From: Anaeromyxobacter sp.
Lineage (GTDB): Bacteria; Myxococcota; Myxococcia; Myxococcales; Anaeromyxobacteraceae
Assembly: GCA_049840735.1 (NCBI GenBank)
Contig: JASGJN010000021.1
Location: 32,001 to 96,000 of the forward strand
Length of the DNA stretch: 64,000 bases
Direction of reading: 5' to 3'
Below, in pieces: positions 42,868-55,931 of this stretch. The stretch's first letter is position 1. Every line of letters begins with the position of its first letter. The notes beneath the pieces were generated by a model. The model saw only the letters and a program-made list of their open reading frames with translations, had not been told where the DNA came from and did not search any database. The position numbers were made by a program, and so were the translations under genes.

Positions 42868-43536
42868 GTGCCCCCCCGCCAACGCCCCATCGCCCCCGCC
42901 TCGCTGGTGCTGTACGACGATCCGCTCTCTCCGTGGTGCCTGGTCGCGGAGCAGCGGCTCCGGGCCGTGCTGGAGGACTTCCCGGGCGCGTTCCGGCCGC
43001 TGCGGATCGAGCCGTTCGCCACGCGGCGCGAGCCGCGCGCGCTCTGCAAGACCGATCGCCGCGACCTGGCCCGCGCCGCCCGGCGCGCCGCGCGCGAGCC
43101 GGAGGCGGCCCGCACCACGCCGGAGCTGTGGCTCTCGCCGGATCCGCCGCTCTCCTCGCTCCCGGCGCTCACGGCGCTGGCCGCGGCGCGGCTGCAGGGG
43201 CCGGCGCAGGAGGGCGCGCTCCGGCAGGCCATCCGCCAGGCGGCGCTGGAGCGCGGGCTCAACGTGGCCCGCACCGACGTGCTGCTCGAGCTGGCCGAGC
43301 GCGCCGGCCTGGACCTGCACCGCTTCGCCAGCGCGTTCGGCACGCCGGCGGTGGAGCAGCGGGTGCGCGCGGTGCTGGAGGAGGCGCTGGAGCGCGGCGT
43401 GCGGCAGGTGCCGGCGCTGGTGATCGGCGAGAGCTGGCTGGTGGCGGGTGCGCGGGACGCCGACGAGTACCGCGCCATCCTGCACCGCTACCTCTCCACC
43501 GAGGTGGGCCTCCCACCCCTGCGCACCCTTCACTGA
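42868..43536 (+). CDS. DsbA/FrnE-like thioredoxin-fold protein
   Basis: YDDPLSPWC; GVRQVPALVI (cis-Pro loop). Confidence 0.75.
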   Translation: MPPRQRPIAPASLVLYDDPLSPWCLVAEQRLRAVLEDFPGAFRPLRIEPFATRREPRALCKTDRRDLARAARRAAREPEAARTTPELWLSPDPPLSSLPALTALAAARLQGPAQEGALRQAIRQAALERGLNVARTDVLLELAERAGLDLHRFASAFGTPAVEQRVRAVLEEALERGVRQVPALVIGESWLVAGARDADEYRAILHRYLSTEVGLPPLRTLH

Positions 43537-43632
43537 CCGGCGCGTGAGCCCGGCGCACGCGCCGTGCGCCCCGGCCACGCCCGCTGTCGGCCCGGCGCGC
43601 ACAACCGCCCGGAACCGTGACCGGATCGGCCC

Positions 43633-43648
43633 TGGCACGCCCGCTGCT
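43633..43648 (+). promoter_or_regulatory. Candidate sigma-54 promoter
   Basis: TGGCACG-CCCG-CTGCT matches the -24/-12 consensus with one mismatch, ~66 nt before ATG 43715. Confidence 0.5.
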
Positions 43649-43714
43649 AACATGCAGAGGTGAATGCTGCACCGCTCGCTGCGTCGATCGGTGTGACCTC
43701 GAACGGAGCCCTGC

Positions 43715-44770
43715 ATGAAGCGCCTCGCCCTCCTCCTCGCCGCCGCCCTGCCGCTCGCGGCCTGCGTGGTGGTCCCCGACACCGGCGTGCAGACCGCGCC
43801 GCCTCCGCAGCCGGAGCCGCTGCCCGCGCCGCTGCCGCCGCCGCCCGTGGCGCAGCCGCTGCCCGCGCCGCCTCCGCCGCGCGCGCAGGTGGTCTGGTTC
43901 GGCGGACCGCACTTCGTGCCGGACGGCCTGGGCGGTGGCTGGTGCGACCTGCAGCAGCCGCACGCGCACGAGTACCTGCCCGATCGGCCCGAGATCTACG
44001 TCTGGTGGAACGGCGCCTACTACTACGACGGCCCCTGGGAGTTCTGGTACCAGGGCGGCCACCCCGTCCCCGGCGGCGGCTGGTGCCACGCCCACGGCCG
44101 CCACGGCCACGACTACTACCCGCCGCGCAACGCCGCCTTCCACTGGCAGCCGCGCCACGGCTACGTCTACCGCGGCCCGTACCGCCCCAGCGCCCCGCCG
44201 CCGGTGACCTACTGGCCCGCGCCCCCGCCGCGCCCGGCCCGCCCGTACCGGCCTGCGCCCGCGCCGGCCCCCGCGCCTCGCTACGCGCCCGCGCCGCTCC
44301 CCGCGCCTGCGGCTGCGCCGCAGACGCCGCAGCCCTCCGGCAGCTCCGGCCAGCAGTGGGGCCGCATGCCGCTGCCGCCGCCCTCGCGCGACCCCTACCC
44401 GCCCACCCGCCCGCAGCCCGTGCCCGCCACCGGTCCGGCGCCGCAGCAGCAGCCGCCGCAGCAGCCTCGGCCGGCGCCGGCGCCGATGCCTGCGCCCGGC
44501 CACAGCGGCGACGCCCCCGGGCACGACAACAACCCGCCCCCGGGCCACGGCGGGACCCCGCCCGGCCACGCCGGCGCCCCGCAGGCCAGCCCGCCGCCTG
44601 CGCAGCCCGCGCCTGCGGCCGAGCCGGCCACGTCCGCCGACAAGCAGGACGACAAGAAGGACCAGAAGCAGCCGAAGAAGGCCCGCCGCGACCGCGGCGG
44701 CGCGGACGACGAGGACCGGCCAGGCGGCCCGCTGCCCCGCCGCCCGGGCAGGCCGAGCCGGGACGACTAG
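43715..44770 (+). CDS. Proline-rich lipoprotein with duplicated His/Cys/Trp motif
   Basis: Lipobox LAAC; two H-x-VP-x(n)-GGGWC-x(5)-HxH units; Pro-rich tail. Confidence 0.7.
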   Translation: MKRLALLLAAALPLAACVVVPDTGVQTAPPPQPEPLPAPLPPPPVAQPLPAPPPPRAQVVWFGGPHFVPDGLGGGWCDLQQPHAHEYLPDRPEIYVWWNGAYYYDGPWEFWYQGGHPVPGGGWCHAHGRHGHDYYPPRNAAFHWQPRHGYVYRGPYRPSAPPPVTYWPAPPPRPARPYRPAPAPAPAPRYAPAPLPAPAAAPQTPQPSGSSGQQWGRMPLPPPSRDPYPPTRPQPVPATGPAPQQQPPQQPRPAPAPMPAPGHSGDAPGHDNNPPPGHGGTPPGHAGAPQASPPPAQPAPAAEPATSADKQDDKKDQKQPKKARRDRGGADDEDRPGGPLPRRPGRPSRDD

Positions 44771-44786
44771 TTCCCGCCGGGCTGAT

Positions 44787-44970
44787 CCCTGGCCTTCGAC
44801 TCCGCTCGCCCTGAGCGTAGCGCACGCCTTGGCGGGCGCGGAGTCGAAGGGCTCAGGCCGAACGGACAGCTCCCTCCGCCGCCGAGCTCCGTTCGTCCTG
44901 AGCGTAGGGCCCGGTACCATCCCGGAGCGGGTCCGGTGCTCCGGGCCCGGAGCCGAAGGACGAACGGACT
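44787..44970. repeat. Cluster of REP-like elements
   Basis: CCTTCGACTCCG...CTGAGCGTAG...CGGAGTCGAAGG...GAACGG, followed by a second CCGTTCGTCCTGAGCGTAG copy. Confidence 0.8.
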
Positions 44971-45026
44971 CCGCACCTATCGGACCTCTTGCCGCCCCCT
45001 CCGCCGCAGGACTAGCGTCCCGGGCC

Positions 45027-47096
45027 ATGAATCCGGCGCTCACCCTGGTCATGCTGCTGGTCGCGGCGGCGGTCTTCTCCTTCACCATGTACCGGCGGCT
45101 GGCGCCGCTGCGGGCGCTCCGGCGCGAGGACCGCACCGACCGCCCGCGCGAGCGGCTGGCGGCGCTGCTCCGCTTCGGCCTGGGCCAGCGGCGGTTGGTG
45201 GATCCGGAGGAGCTGCGCCCCGGGCTGATGCACGTGGCGATCTTCTTCGCCTTCCTGGTGCTGGCGCTCCGGACCATCACGCTCTTCGGCGTGGGCTTCT
45301 CGGAGGGCTTCCACCTCCCGCTGCTCGGGCCCGGCACGCCCGGCGGCGTCGCCTACGGCTTCCTGAAGGACGTCTTCGTCCTGCTGGCGCTGGCGGCGTC
45401 GCTCTACTTCCTGTGGCGGCGGCTGGTGACGCGGCCTCCGCGGGTGACCCGCTCGACCGAGGGGCTGGTGATCCTGCTCTTCATCGCCGGCCTGATGCTG
45501 ACCGACGTCCTCTTCGACGGCGCGGCCATCCTCTCCATGGGCGGCCAGGGCGGCTGGGCCGAGCCGGCCGGCTCGCTGGGCGCGTGGTTCCTCCGCCCCA
45601 TGCCGCAGGGCGTGATCACCAGCGTCGGCCTGGCCGCGTTCTGGACGCACCTGGCGCTGATCCTGGTCTTCGGCAACGTGCTGCCCTACGGCAAGCACTT
45701 CCACATCATCACCGGCCTGCCCAACGTCTTCTTCGCCCGGCTCCCGCCCACCGCCGCGCTCTCGAAGCTGGACCTCGAGGCCGAGGACGCACGCTTCGGC
45801 ACCGCCACGGTGAAGGACCTCTCCTGGAAGGAGGCCTGGGACGTCTACTCCTGCACCGAGTGCGGGCGCTGCCAGACCCACTGCCCCACCCACGTGACGG
45901 GCAAGCCGCTCTCGCACAAGGAGGTGAACCGCGCCATCCGCCGCCACCTGGGCGAGACCGCGCCGACGCTGATCGCGCTGGCGCAGGCCAGGGACGGCGC
46001 CGCGCGCGAGGCGGCGGCGGGACAGCTGCCCTCGCTGACCGCGGTGGTGGCGCCGGAGACCTTCTGGGCCTGCACCACCTGCGGCTGGTGCGAGACCGCC
46101 TGCCCGGTGCTGATCGAGAACATCCCGCGCCTGATCGACCTGCGCCGGCAGCAGGTGCTGGTGGACGCCACCTTCCCGGACGAGGCCCAGCGCGTCTTCA
46201 AGGGGATCGAGACGCAGGGCAACCCGTGGGGCATCGGCTCCAACCGGCGCACCGAGTGGTGCCAGGACCTGGACGTCCCGCGCGCCGCCGAGGGGAAGCC
46301 GTTCGAGTACCTGTTCTTCGTCGGCTGCGCCGGCGCCTTCGACGACCGGCAGAAGAAGGTCTCCCGCGCGCTGGTGCGGATCCTGCGGGAGGCCGGGGTC
46401 TCCTTCGCCATCCTGGGCGACGAGGAGACCTGCACCGGCGACGCGGCCCGCCGGCTGGGCAACGAGTACCTGTTCCAGCTGCAGGCCCAGGCGCTGGTCG
46501 AGACGCTCAACGGCCACCAGGTCACGAAGATCCTGGTGCAGTGCCCGCACTGCCTCAACGCCATCAAGAACGAGCTGCCCGACTTCGGCGGCCGCTACGA
46601 GGTGGTCCACCACACCGAGCTGATCGCGCGGCTGGTGGCGGACGGCAAGCTGCCGGCCGGCCGCGCCGCGGCGCTGGAGGGGACCGCGGTCACGCTCCAC
46701 GACCCCTGCTACCTGGCCCGCTGGAACGGCATCACCGAGGCGCCGCGCCAGGCGCTGGCCGCGGCCGGCGTGGAGGTGCAGGAGCTGCCGCGCAACCGCC
46801 GCCAGGGCTACTGCTGCGGCGCCGGCGGCGGCCGCTTCTGGCTGGAGGAGAAGCTGGGCGCGCGCATCAACCAGGGGCGGGTGGAGGAGGCGGCGGCCAC
46901 GCTGGGCGGGAAGGGCGGCGTGATCGCCACCGGCTGCCCGTTCTGCCTCACCATGCTGAAGGACGGCGTGAACGAGACCGGGCGCGAGGCGCAGCTGAAG
47001 GTGATGGACGTGGCCGAGCTGGTGGCGCTGGGGCTCCCCGAGCGCGGCGCGCCGGCCCAGCCGGCGGTCCCGGCAGCGCCCGCCGGCGAGGGGTGA
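45027..47096 (+). CDS. FadF-like membrane Fe-S oxidoreductase (HdrD/GlpC-type CCG domains)
   Basis: TM domain; CTECGRCQTHCP, CTTCGWCETACP, HDPCYL, CCGAGGG, TGCPFC. Confidence 0.9.
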   Translation: MNPALTLVMLLVAAAVFSFTMYRRLAPLRALRREDRTDRPRERLAALLRFGLGQRRLVDPEELRPGLMHVAIFFAFLVLALRTITLFGVGFSEGFHLPLLGPGTPGGVAYGFLKDVFVLLALAASLYFLWRRLVTRPPRVTRSTEGLVILLFIAGLMLTDVLFDGAAILSMGGQGGWAEPAGSLGAWFLRPMPQGVITSVGLAAFWTHLALILVFGNVLPYGKHFHIITGLPNVFFARLPPTAALSKLDLEAEDARFGTATVKDLSWKEAWDVYSCTECGRCQTHCPTHVTGKPLSHKEVNRAIRRHLGETAPTLIALAQARDGAAREAAAGQLPSLTAVVAPETFWACTTCGWCETACPVLIENIPRLIDLRRQQVLVDATFPDEAQRVFKGIETQGNPWGIGSNRRTEWCQDLDVPRAAEGKPFEYLFFVGCAGAFDDRQKKVSRALVRILREAGVSFAILGDEETCTGDAARRLGNEYLFQLQAQALVETLNGHQVTKILVQCPHCLNAIKNELPDFGGRYEVVHHTELIARLVADGKLPAGRAAALEGTAVTLHDPCYLARWNGITEAPRQALAAAGVEVQELPRNRRQGYCCGAGGGRFWLEEKLGARINQGRVEEAAATLGGKGGVIATGCPFCLTMLKDGVNETGREAQLKVMDVAELVALGLPERGAPAQPAVPAAPAGEG

Positions 47097-47185
47097 CGTG
47101 CTCCCGCGGCTCCCCGCGCCGGAGCTGCCGGCCTTCCTGGCCGCTCCATCCCGGCAGCGCGTGGCTCCGTCCCGGCAGCGCGTGA

Positions 47186-47239
47186 ACCGTTCGGGCTGAG
47201 CGTAGCGAGCCCGCAGGGCTCGCGGAGTCGAAGCCCAGG
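47186..47239 (+). repeat. REP-like element, left arm of an inverted pair
   Basis: ACCGTTCGGGCTGAGCGTAGCGAGCCC...GGGCTCGCGGAGTCGAAGCCCAGG. Confidence 0.85.
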
Positions 47240-47332
47240 CGCGGACCGCTTCACGTTTCTTCACGTCGGCGACAGGGACCGGCAAGCGCCGGGGCCTATC
47301 TCTCTCCCGTCGAACACGCTCAAGGAGAGCCC

Positions 47333-47806
47333 ATGTCCCCGTTCGTCTCCGGCGCCCTCGGCGCCGCCACCGTCATCGTGCTGGCCGGCCTGCTGCGCCG
47401 CGCGGCCTGGCACCACCACCACCGCCGCGCCCTCGGCGGGCGCCGCCGCTTCTTCCTGCGCCACCTCTTCCGCCGCATCGGCGCCCGCCCCGAGCAGGAG
47501 CAGGTCATCTCGGCGGAGGCCGACGCGCTGGCCGCCGAGCTCCACGCCCTGCGCGAGGACGCCCGCGAGCTGCGCGCGCAGGTGGCCGAGCTGCTCTCCG
47601 CGCCCACGCTGGACGCGGCCGGCGTCGAGGCCGCGCTGGAGCCGCGCCTGGCCAAGCTCGGCGCCGTGAAGGCCCGGGCCGCCGAGGCCCTGGCCCGCGT
47701 GCACGCCACGCTCGATCAGCGGCAGCGCGAGGCGCTGGCGGCGCTGGTGCGCCGCGGGCCGCACGGGCACCACCACGGTCACTGCCGGCGCGCGCACGCG
47801 GCCTAG
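47333..47806 (+). CDS. Spy/CpxP / periplasmic heavy-metal sensor-like helical protein
   Basis: SD AAGGAG; His-rich segments; ARVHATLDQRQREAL (LTPEQR-like). Confidence 0.7.
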   Translation: MSPFVSGALGAATVIVLAGLLRRAAWHHHHRRALGGRRRFFLRHLFRRIGARPEQEQVISAEADALAAELHALREDARELRAQVAELLSAPTLDAAGVEAALEPRLAKLGAVKARAAEALARVHATLDQRQREALAALVRRGPHGHHHGHCRRAHAA

Positions 47807-47816
47807 CTGCTCGTGA

Positions 47817-47929
47817 CCTGGGCTTCGACTCCGCGAGCCCCATGGGCTCGCTACGCTCAGCCCGAACGGTGCCGGAAGACCCGTTCGCCCTGAGCGTAGC
47901 CGCGGCAACGCCGCGGCGGAGTCGAAGGG
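47817..47929. repeat. Two REP-like elements (47817-47870 inverted copy; 47881-47929)
   Basis: 47817-47870 is the reverse complement of 47186-47239 apart from the loop. Confidence 0.85.
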
Positions 47930-47970
47930 CGCCGCCGGCCCACCTCGCGCCGTCCGCGCCGCCCCCGCGC

Positions 47971-48777
47971 TCACGCCCGCCGCGGCGGCGCCGTCGGGAT
48001 GGCCCGCGCGCAGGCGTCCAGCCGCGCGCGGACCTCGCCCTCCAGCGCGTCCAGGTCGTTGCCGGAGCGCGGATCGGCGCCCACGCAGGTGAGGATGGTG
48101 TCGTGGGGCGAGGGGTCGGCGCCCAGCGCCGCGTAGTCGATCCGGCGATCGACCGGGTCGCCGTCCTGGCCCGGGCGGAAGGCGCCGAAGAGCCCCTCGG
48201 ACCCGGGCGCCAGCTCCTCCTTGAGGGCGAAGAGGCGCTGCAGCGCCTGGCGGAAGGGCGCGTGCTCCAGGTGGCGCGGCTCGACCTGCTGGCCGGCGCG
48301 CGCGGCCACCCCCGCCAGCACCGCCCGCACGAAGTCCACGTCTGTGACCACCAGGCCGTAGAGGTAGAAGTCACCGGCCGCCCGCAGCACGATGGCCACC
48401 TCGGCCACTGAGAGCCAGGCGTGGCTGGGGCAGAGGAACGACTCGCACGTCAGCACGTCATAGACACCGCAAGCCCGCAGGTCCGGGCCGCCGGTCACCA
48501 GGGGGTGGGCCAGGCAGCCGATGCGCGTCTCCGCGGCGTCCAGGTACCCGAGCAGCGGGCAGATGCGGACCGAGGGGAAGAGCGGCTCCGGCCCGTCCTC
48601 CGCCAGCGCCTTCGCAGCGGCCGCGAAACCCTCCGCCGTCCGCGGCACCCGGGCCAGCGCGGCCGTGCGCCGGCGCAGCTCGGCCTGCATGCCCTCGCGC
48701 GACAGCTCGGTGGCGTTGTAGAGGCCGCAGCAGGCGCCGCAGCTCAGCCCGTCGCGCTGGCAGAGGCTCGCGCCCAT
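47971..48777 (-). CDS. Cys-rich hypothetical protein (possible Fe-S/Zn cluster)
   Basis: LCQ...SCGACCGLYN, CPLLGYL...GCLAHP, CESFLCP. Confidence 0.7.
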   Translation of the reverse strand: MGASLCQRDGLSCGACCGLYNATELSREGMQAELRRRTAALARVPRTAEGFAAAAKALAEDGPEPLFPSVRICPLLGYLDAAETRIGCLAHPLVTGGPDLRACGVYDVLTCESFLCPSHAWLSVAEVAIVLRAAGDFYLYGLVVTDVDFVRAVLAGVAARAGQQVEPRHLEHAPFRQALQRLFALKEELAPGSEGLFGAFRPGQDGDPVDRRIDYAALGADPSPHDTILTCVGADPRSGNDLDALEGEVRARLDACARAIPTAPPRRA

Positions 48778-48778
48778 G

Positions 48779-49321
48779 TCACGCCGGCACGCCGCCCGTC
48801 AGCCCCAGCGCGACGCGGCAGCCGCCGCACAGCGCCAGCCCCTTGCGGTCGGCGTCGGCGGCGTCGCGCGAGGAGAACATCACGCAGCGGTAGTCGAGGC
48901 AGTCGGAGAGCCCCAGCAGCTGCCCCAGCACGTGCACCGCCTCCACCTGCGTGCGCCGGCGCAGCAGCTGCGGCTCGCCGGAGAGCCGGTGGGTGGAGAC
49001 CAGCGCCGCCCCGCCGTCGCGGTCGGCCTCGCCCAGCACGTAGGCCGCGTCGGGCAGGAACAGGTCCCCGGCCAGCACGCCCAGCACCGGCGCGCCGCCG
49101 GCCTGCGCCCGCAGCCCGGCGAGCCGGCGCAGGATGGAGGTGGCGTGGTACTGGCCGCGGGCCTCGTTGTAGGCGTAGCCGGGCCGGTCCAGCGAGGGGC
49201 CGGCGCGCGAGGGGATGCCCATCACCTGCCGGATGCCGTGGGCCACGTCGGCCAGCTGGCGCGCCGGCACGTCGCCGAGCGCCACCAGCAACAGGCGCTC
49301 CGGGAGCGAGGCGGGCCTCAC
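48779..49321 (-). CDS. Archaemetzincin-like (M54) protein lacking catalytic residues
   Basis: AYNEARGQY, DLFLP..YVLGEA, CVMFSS...LCGGC; HExxHxxGxxH replaced by HVLGQLLGLSD. Confidence 0.75.
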   Translation of the reverse strand: MRPASLPERLLLVALGDVPARQLADVAHGIRQVMGIPSRAGPSLDRPGYAYNEARGQYHATSILRRLAGLRAQAGGAPVLGVLAGDLFLPDAAYVLGEADRDGGAALVSTHRLSGEPQLLRRRTQVEAVHVLGQLLGLSDCLDYRCVMFSSRDAADADRKGLALCGGCRVALGLTGGVPA

Positions 49322-49353
49322 CTCGTCGCGGTCGTTGGTCTCGCGGGGGGGAA

Positions 49354-49427
49354 TGGCTGAGGCGGAAGGATTCGAACCTTCATAGACGGATCCAAAGTCC
49401 GTCGTCCTGCCGTTGGACGACGCCTCA
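49354..49427 (-). tRNA. tRNA-Gln (TTG)
   Basis: TGAGGCGTCGTCCAACGGCAGGACGACGGACTTTGGATCCGTCTATGAAGGTTCGAATCCTTCCGCCTCAGCCA. Confidence 0.95.
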
Positions 49428-49536
49428 ACGAGAAAGAGCTTTCGGGTCACGGCGCGCGGCTCCCCAGCCTGACGGTCAGTGCGCCCTCCTCGCGGAGGCG
49501 GCGCGCGGACCGCTCGGTCCGCCTGACCCTTCCTAA

Positions 49537-50532
49537 CTACCAGCGAACCAGCGCGCTCGCCCAGGTGAACCCGGCGCCGAAGGCGCAGAGGCCCACCAGG
49601 TCGCCGCGCTTCACGCCGCGCACCTGGATCGCCTCCGCCAGGCAGAGCGGGATGGAGGCGGCCGTGGTGTTGCCGTACTTCTGGATGTTGTTGAAGACCT
49701 GGTCGTCGCGCAGCTCCAGCGAGCGCTGCACCATCTCCGAGATGCGCAGGTTGGCCTGGTGCGGGATGAGCACCTTGAGGTCGGTGGTGGCGACGCCGTT
49801 CTTCGCCAGCGCCTCGCGCACCACCTCCGGCATCTTGCTGATGGCGTGCTTGAAGACCTTCTGCCCCTCCATGTGCGGGTAGACGGCGCCGGACTCGATC
49901 ATCTCGGGGGTGACGCGCGGGCTGTAGACCGAGCCCGGCGCGTCGGTCCACAGCTCCTTGCCGAAGCGGCCGTCGGCGTGGAGGTGGCAGGAGAGGACGC
50001 CGCGCCCCGGCTCGTCGGTGGCCTCCAGCAGCGCCGCGCCGGCGCCGTCGCCGAAGATCACCGCCACGTCGCGGCCGCGGGTGGAGACGTCGAGGCCGGT
50101 GGAGTGGACCTCGGCGCCGACCAGCAGCACGCGCTTGTACATCCCGGTCCTGATCCAGGCGTCGGCCACGGCCAGGCCGTAGAGGAACCCGGTGCACTGG
50201 TTGCGGATGTCGATGGCCGGCACGCCCGGGATGCCCAGCTTGGCGTTGAGCCAGCAGCCGTCGCCCGGGAACATGTGATCGCTGGAGAGCGTGGCGTAGA
50301 CGATGGCCTCGACGTCGGTGGCCTTCCAGCCGGCCTTGTCGAGCGCGTCCTGCGCCGCCTTCAGCGCCAGGTCGGAGGCCCCCACGCCCGGCTCCACCCA
50401 GTGGCGCTCCTTGATGCCGGTGCGCTGGGTGATCCACTCGTCGGACGTCTCCATGTACCGCGTCAGCTCCTCGTTCGTGACCACGCGGTCAGGGACGTAG
50501 GTGCCGATGGCTGCGAAGGCGGTCTGGGGCAT
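49537..50532 (-). CDS. fabH: 3-oxoacyl-ACP synthase III
   Basis: TSDEWITQRTGI, NQCTGF, FGDGAGA, PHQAN, YGNTTAAS. Confidence 0.92.
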   Translation of the reverse strand: MPQTAFAAIGTYVPDRVVTNEELTRYMETSDEWITQRTGIKERHWVEPGVGASDLALKAAQDALDKAGWKATDVEAIVYATLSSDHMFPGDGCWLNAKLGIPGVPAIDIRNQCTGFLYGLAVADAWIRTGMYKRVLLVGAEVHSTGLDVSTRGRDVAVIFGDGAGAALLEATDEPGRGVLSCHLHADGRFGKELWTDAPGSVYSPRVTPEMIESGAVYPHMEGQKVFKHAISKMPEVVREALAKNGVATTDLKVLIPHQANLRISEMVQRSLELRDDQVFNNIQKYGNTTAASIPLCLAEAIQVRGVKRGDLVGLCAFGAGFTWASALVRW

Positions 50533-50575
50533 GGCCTGCTCCTCCGGCCGGGCGCTCGACGGCGCGCGGGGCCGA

Positions 50576-54264
<3,689 letters not shown>

Positions 54265-54327
54265 CGGAGGAGGCCTCGGACCTCAGGCTGCAGGCCTCAG
54301 GCGCGCGGCGCTGCGCGGAGCGATCGC

Positions 54328-55455
54328 TCAGATCCGCATCGGCATCACCACCGCGGTGAAGCCCTGGTCCGCCTCGTCCGAGCCCTTCATCACGCCGGGG
54401 GAGAGGTCGTCGGCCAGCTCGAAGACGACGTCCTTCGACTTCACCACCGAGAGCACCTCGGTGAGGTAGCGGGCGTTGAAGCCGATCTTGAGCGCCTCGC
54501 CCTCGTACTCCACCGGCACCTCCTCCTTGGCCTCGCCGAGGTCGGGGTTCTGCGAGAGGACCCGCAGCACGCCGGCGCCCAGCTCGAGCTTCACGGCGTG
54601 GGCCTTGTCGGAGGAGAGGAGCGAGACGCGGCGGAGGGTCTTGTCGAACCGCTCCACGCCCACCTTGATGATCTTCTCGCCCTGCTTCGGGATCACCTGC
54701 TTGTAGTCGGGGAACAGCCCCTCGATCAGCCGCATGACCAGGACCACGCCGGGCCGGCGGAAGATGGCGCTGTTCTCGACGAACCCGAGCTTGGCCTCGG
54801 GGCTCTCCTCGCCGGACTCGACGGCCTCGCCGAGGAGCTTCTTGAGCTCGTTGAGCCCCTTCTTCGGCAGGATGACGCCGCGCTTGAGCCCGAAGTTGCT
54901 CTCGAAGGCCTGCTCGGCCAGCGACAGGCGGTGGCCGTCGGTGGCCACCATCCGCAGCGTGCCGGCACCGGGCTCGAAGAAGACGCCGTTCAGGTTGTAG
55001 CGGGTCTCGTCGGTCGAGACGGCGAAGAAGGTCCGGTCGATCATCTCGAGCAGGACCTTGGGCTGGATGTCGGCGAACGCGACCTTGTCGAACTTGGGCA
55101 GCGCCGGGAAGTCCTCGGCGGGCAGGCCGACGATCCGGAACTCGGACGGGCCGCACCGGACCTCGAGGTAGTTGTTGTTCGCCTTCTTGAGGGTGACCGT
55201 GTTCTCCGGCAGCGCCCGCACGATCTCGTAGAGGTGGCGGGCCGAGACGGCCAGCGCGCCCTCCTTCACGACCTCGCACGGATGCTCGGACGAGACGGCG
55301 AGATCCAGGTCGGTGGCGGAGACGACGAGCTGTCCGGACTTCCTCGCCTCGAGGAGGACATGGGACAGGATCGGCATCGTGCTCTTCTTCTCGACGATGC
55401 CCTGGGAGCGGCCCAGCGCCTTCGCGAGCTCGGTGACGCCGATCTTCAGTTCCAT
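54328..55455 (-). CDS. dnaN: DNA polymerase III beta clamp
   Basis: MPILS, ATDL, ATDGHRL, FPDY, GFNARY, VMPMRI. Confidence 0.97.
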   Translation of the reverse strand: MELKIGVTELAKALGRSQGIVEKKSTMPILSHVLLEARKSGQLVVSATDLDLAVSSEHPCEVVKEGALAVSARHLYEIVRALPENTVTLKKANNNYLEVRCGPSEFRIVGLPAEDFPALPKFDKVAFADIQPKVLLEMIDRTFFAVSTDETRYNLNGVFFEPGAGTLRMVATDGHRLSLAEQAFESNFGLKRGVILPKKGLNELKKLLGEAVESGEESPEAKLGFVENSAIFRRPGVVLVMRLIEGLFPDYKQVIPKQGEKIIKVGVERFDKTLRRVSLLSSDKAHAVKLELGAGVLRVLSQNPDLGEAKEEVPVEYEGEALKIGFNARYLTEVLSVVKSKDVVFELADDLSPGVMKGSDEADQGFTAVVMPMRI

Positions 55456-55499
55456 ATGGGAAGATCCTCTTCTCTTTTAGACTCGTCGCAGAAGCAGGG

Positions 55500-55830
55500 G
55501 CCCGGACCATGGGGACAACTGGCTGAGGCCCTTGGATCGACTCTGCTTTCTTGCCTGGATAACTGCCTGGATCCAGGCGGTCCCCGGTTGTGTAGCGCGC
55601 CGCGCGAAAGAGTGTCAACCGATGCCCACAGCTGATCCCCAGCGGGTTGACACCTGATCCACGCGGCTTCCACAGGGTTCCACCAGCAGTGCGATCCGCC
55701 TGATCCTGGGAGGCGCCTCCGGGTGTGGAGGGCGGCGGGGATACGCTGGGGTCCGTGTTCGAAAACGGCTGTGTCCCAGCGAGCATCGAAGCATGCGCTC
55801 GCGAGTCCGGTCGTGTGGATGAAGGGGGAA
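55500..55830. other. Candidate oriC with degenerate DnaA boxes
   Basis: TGGGGACAA 55510, CCTGGATAA 55554, TGATCCCCA 55633, TGATCCACG 55655, GCTTCCACA 55666, TGTGGATGA 55814, all between dnaA and dnaN. Confidence 0.6.
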
Positions 55831-55931
55831 GCCTGATCGGAGCCGACGGGGTTGGGGCGTCTGGCGGCCGTGGAGCGAGGACGTCCGAGCGAAGCGGCCG
55901 GCCGCAGGCTGAAAGCCGCCCTCGTGCGAGT

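Noticed and set aside
47143..47184. 21-bp tandem duplication GCTCC(A/G)TCCCGGCAGCGCGTG
   Set aside because: Only two copies beside a REP element, with no evidence of function
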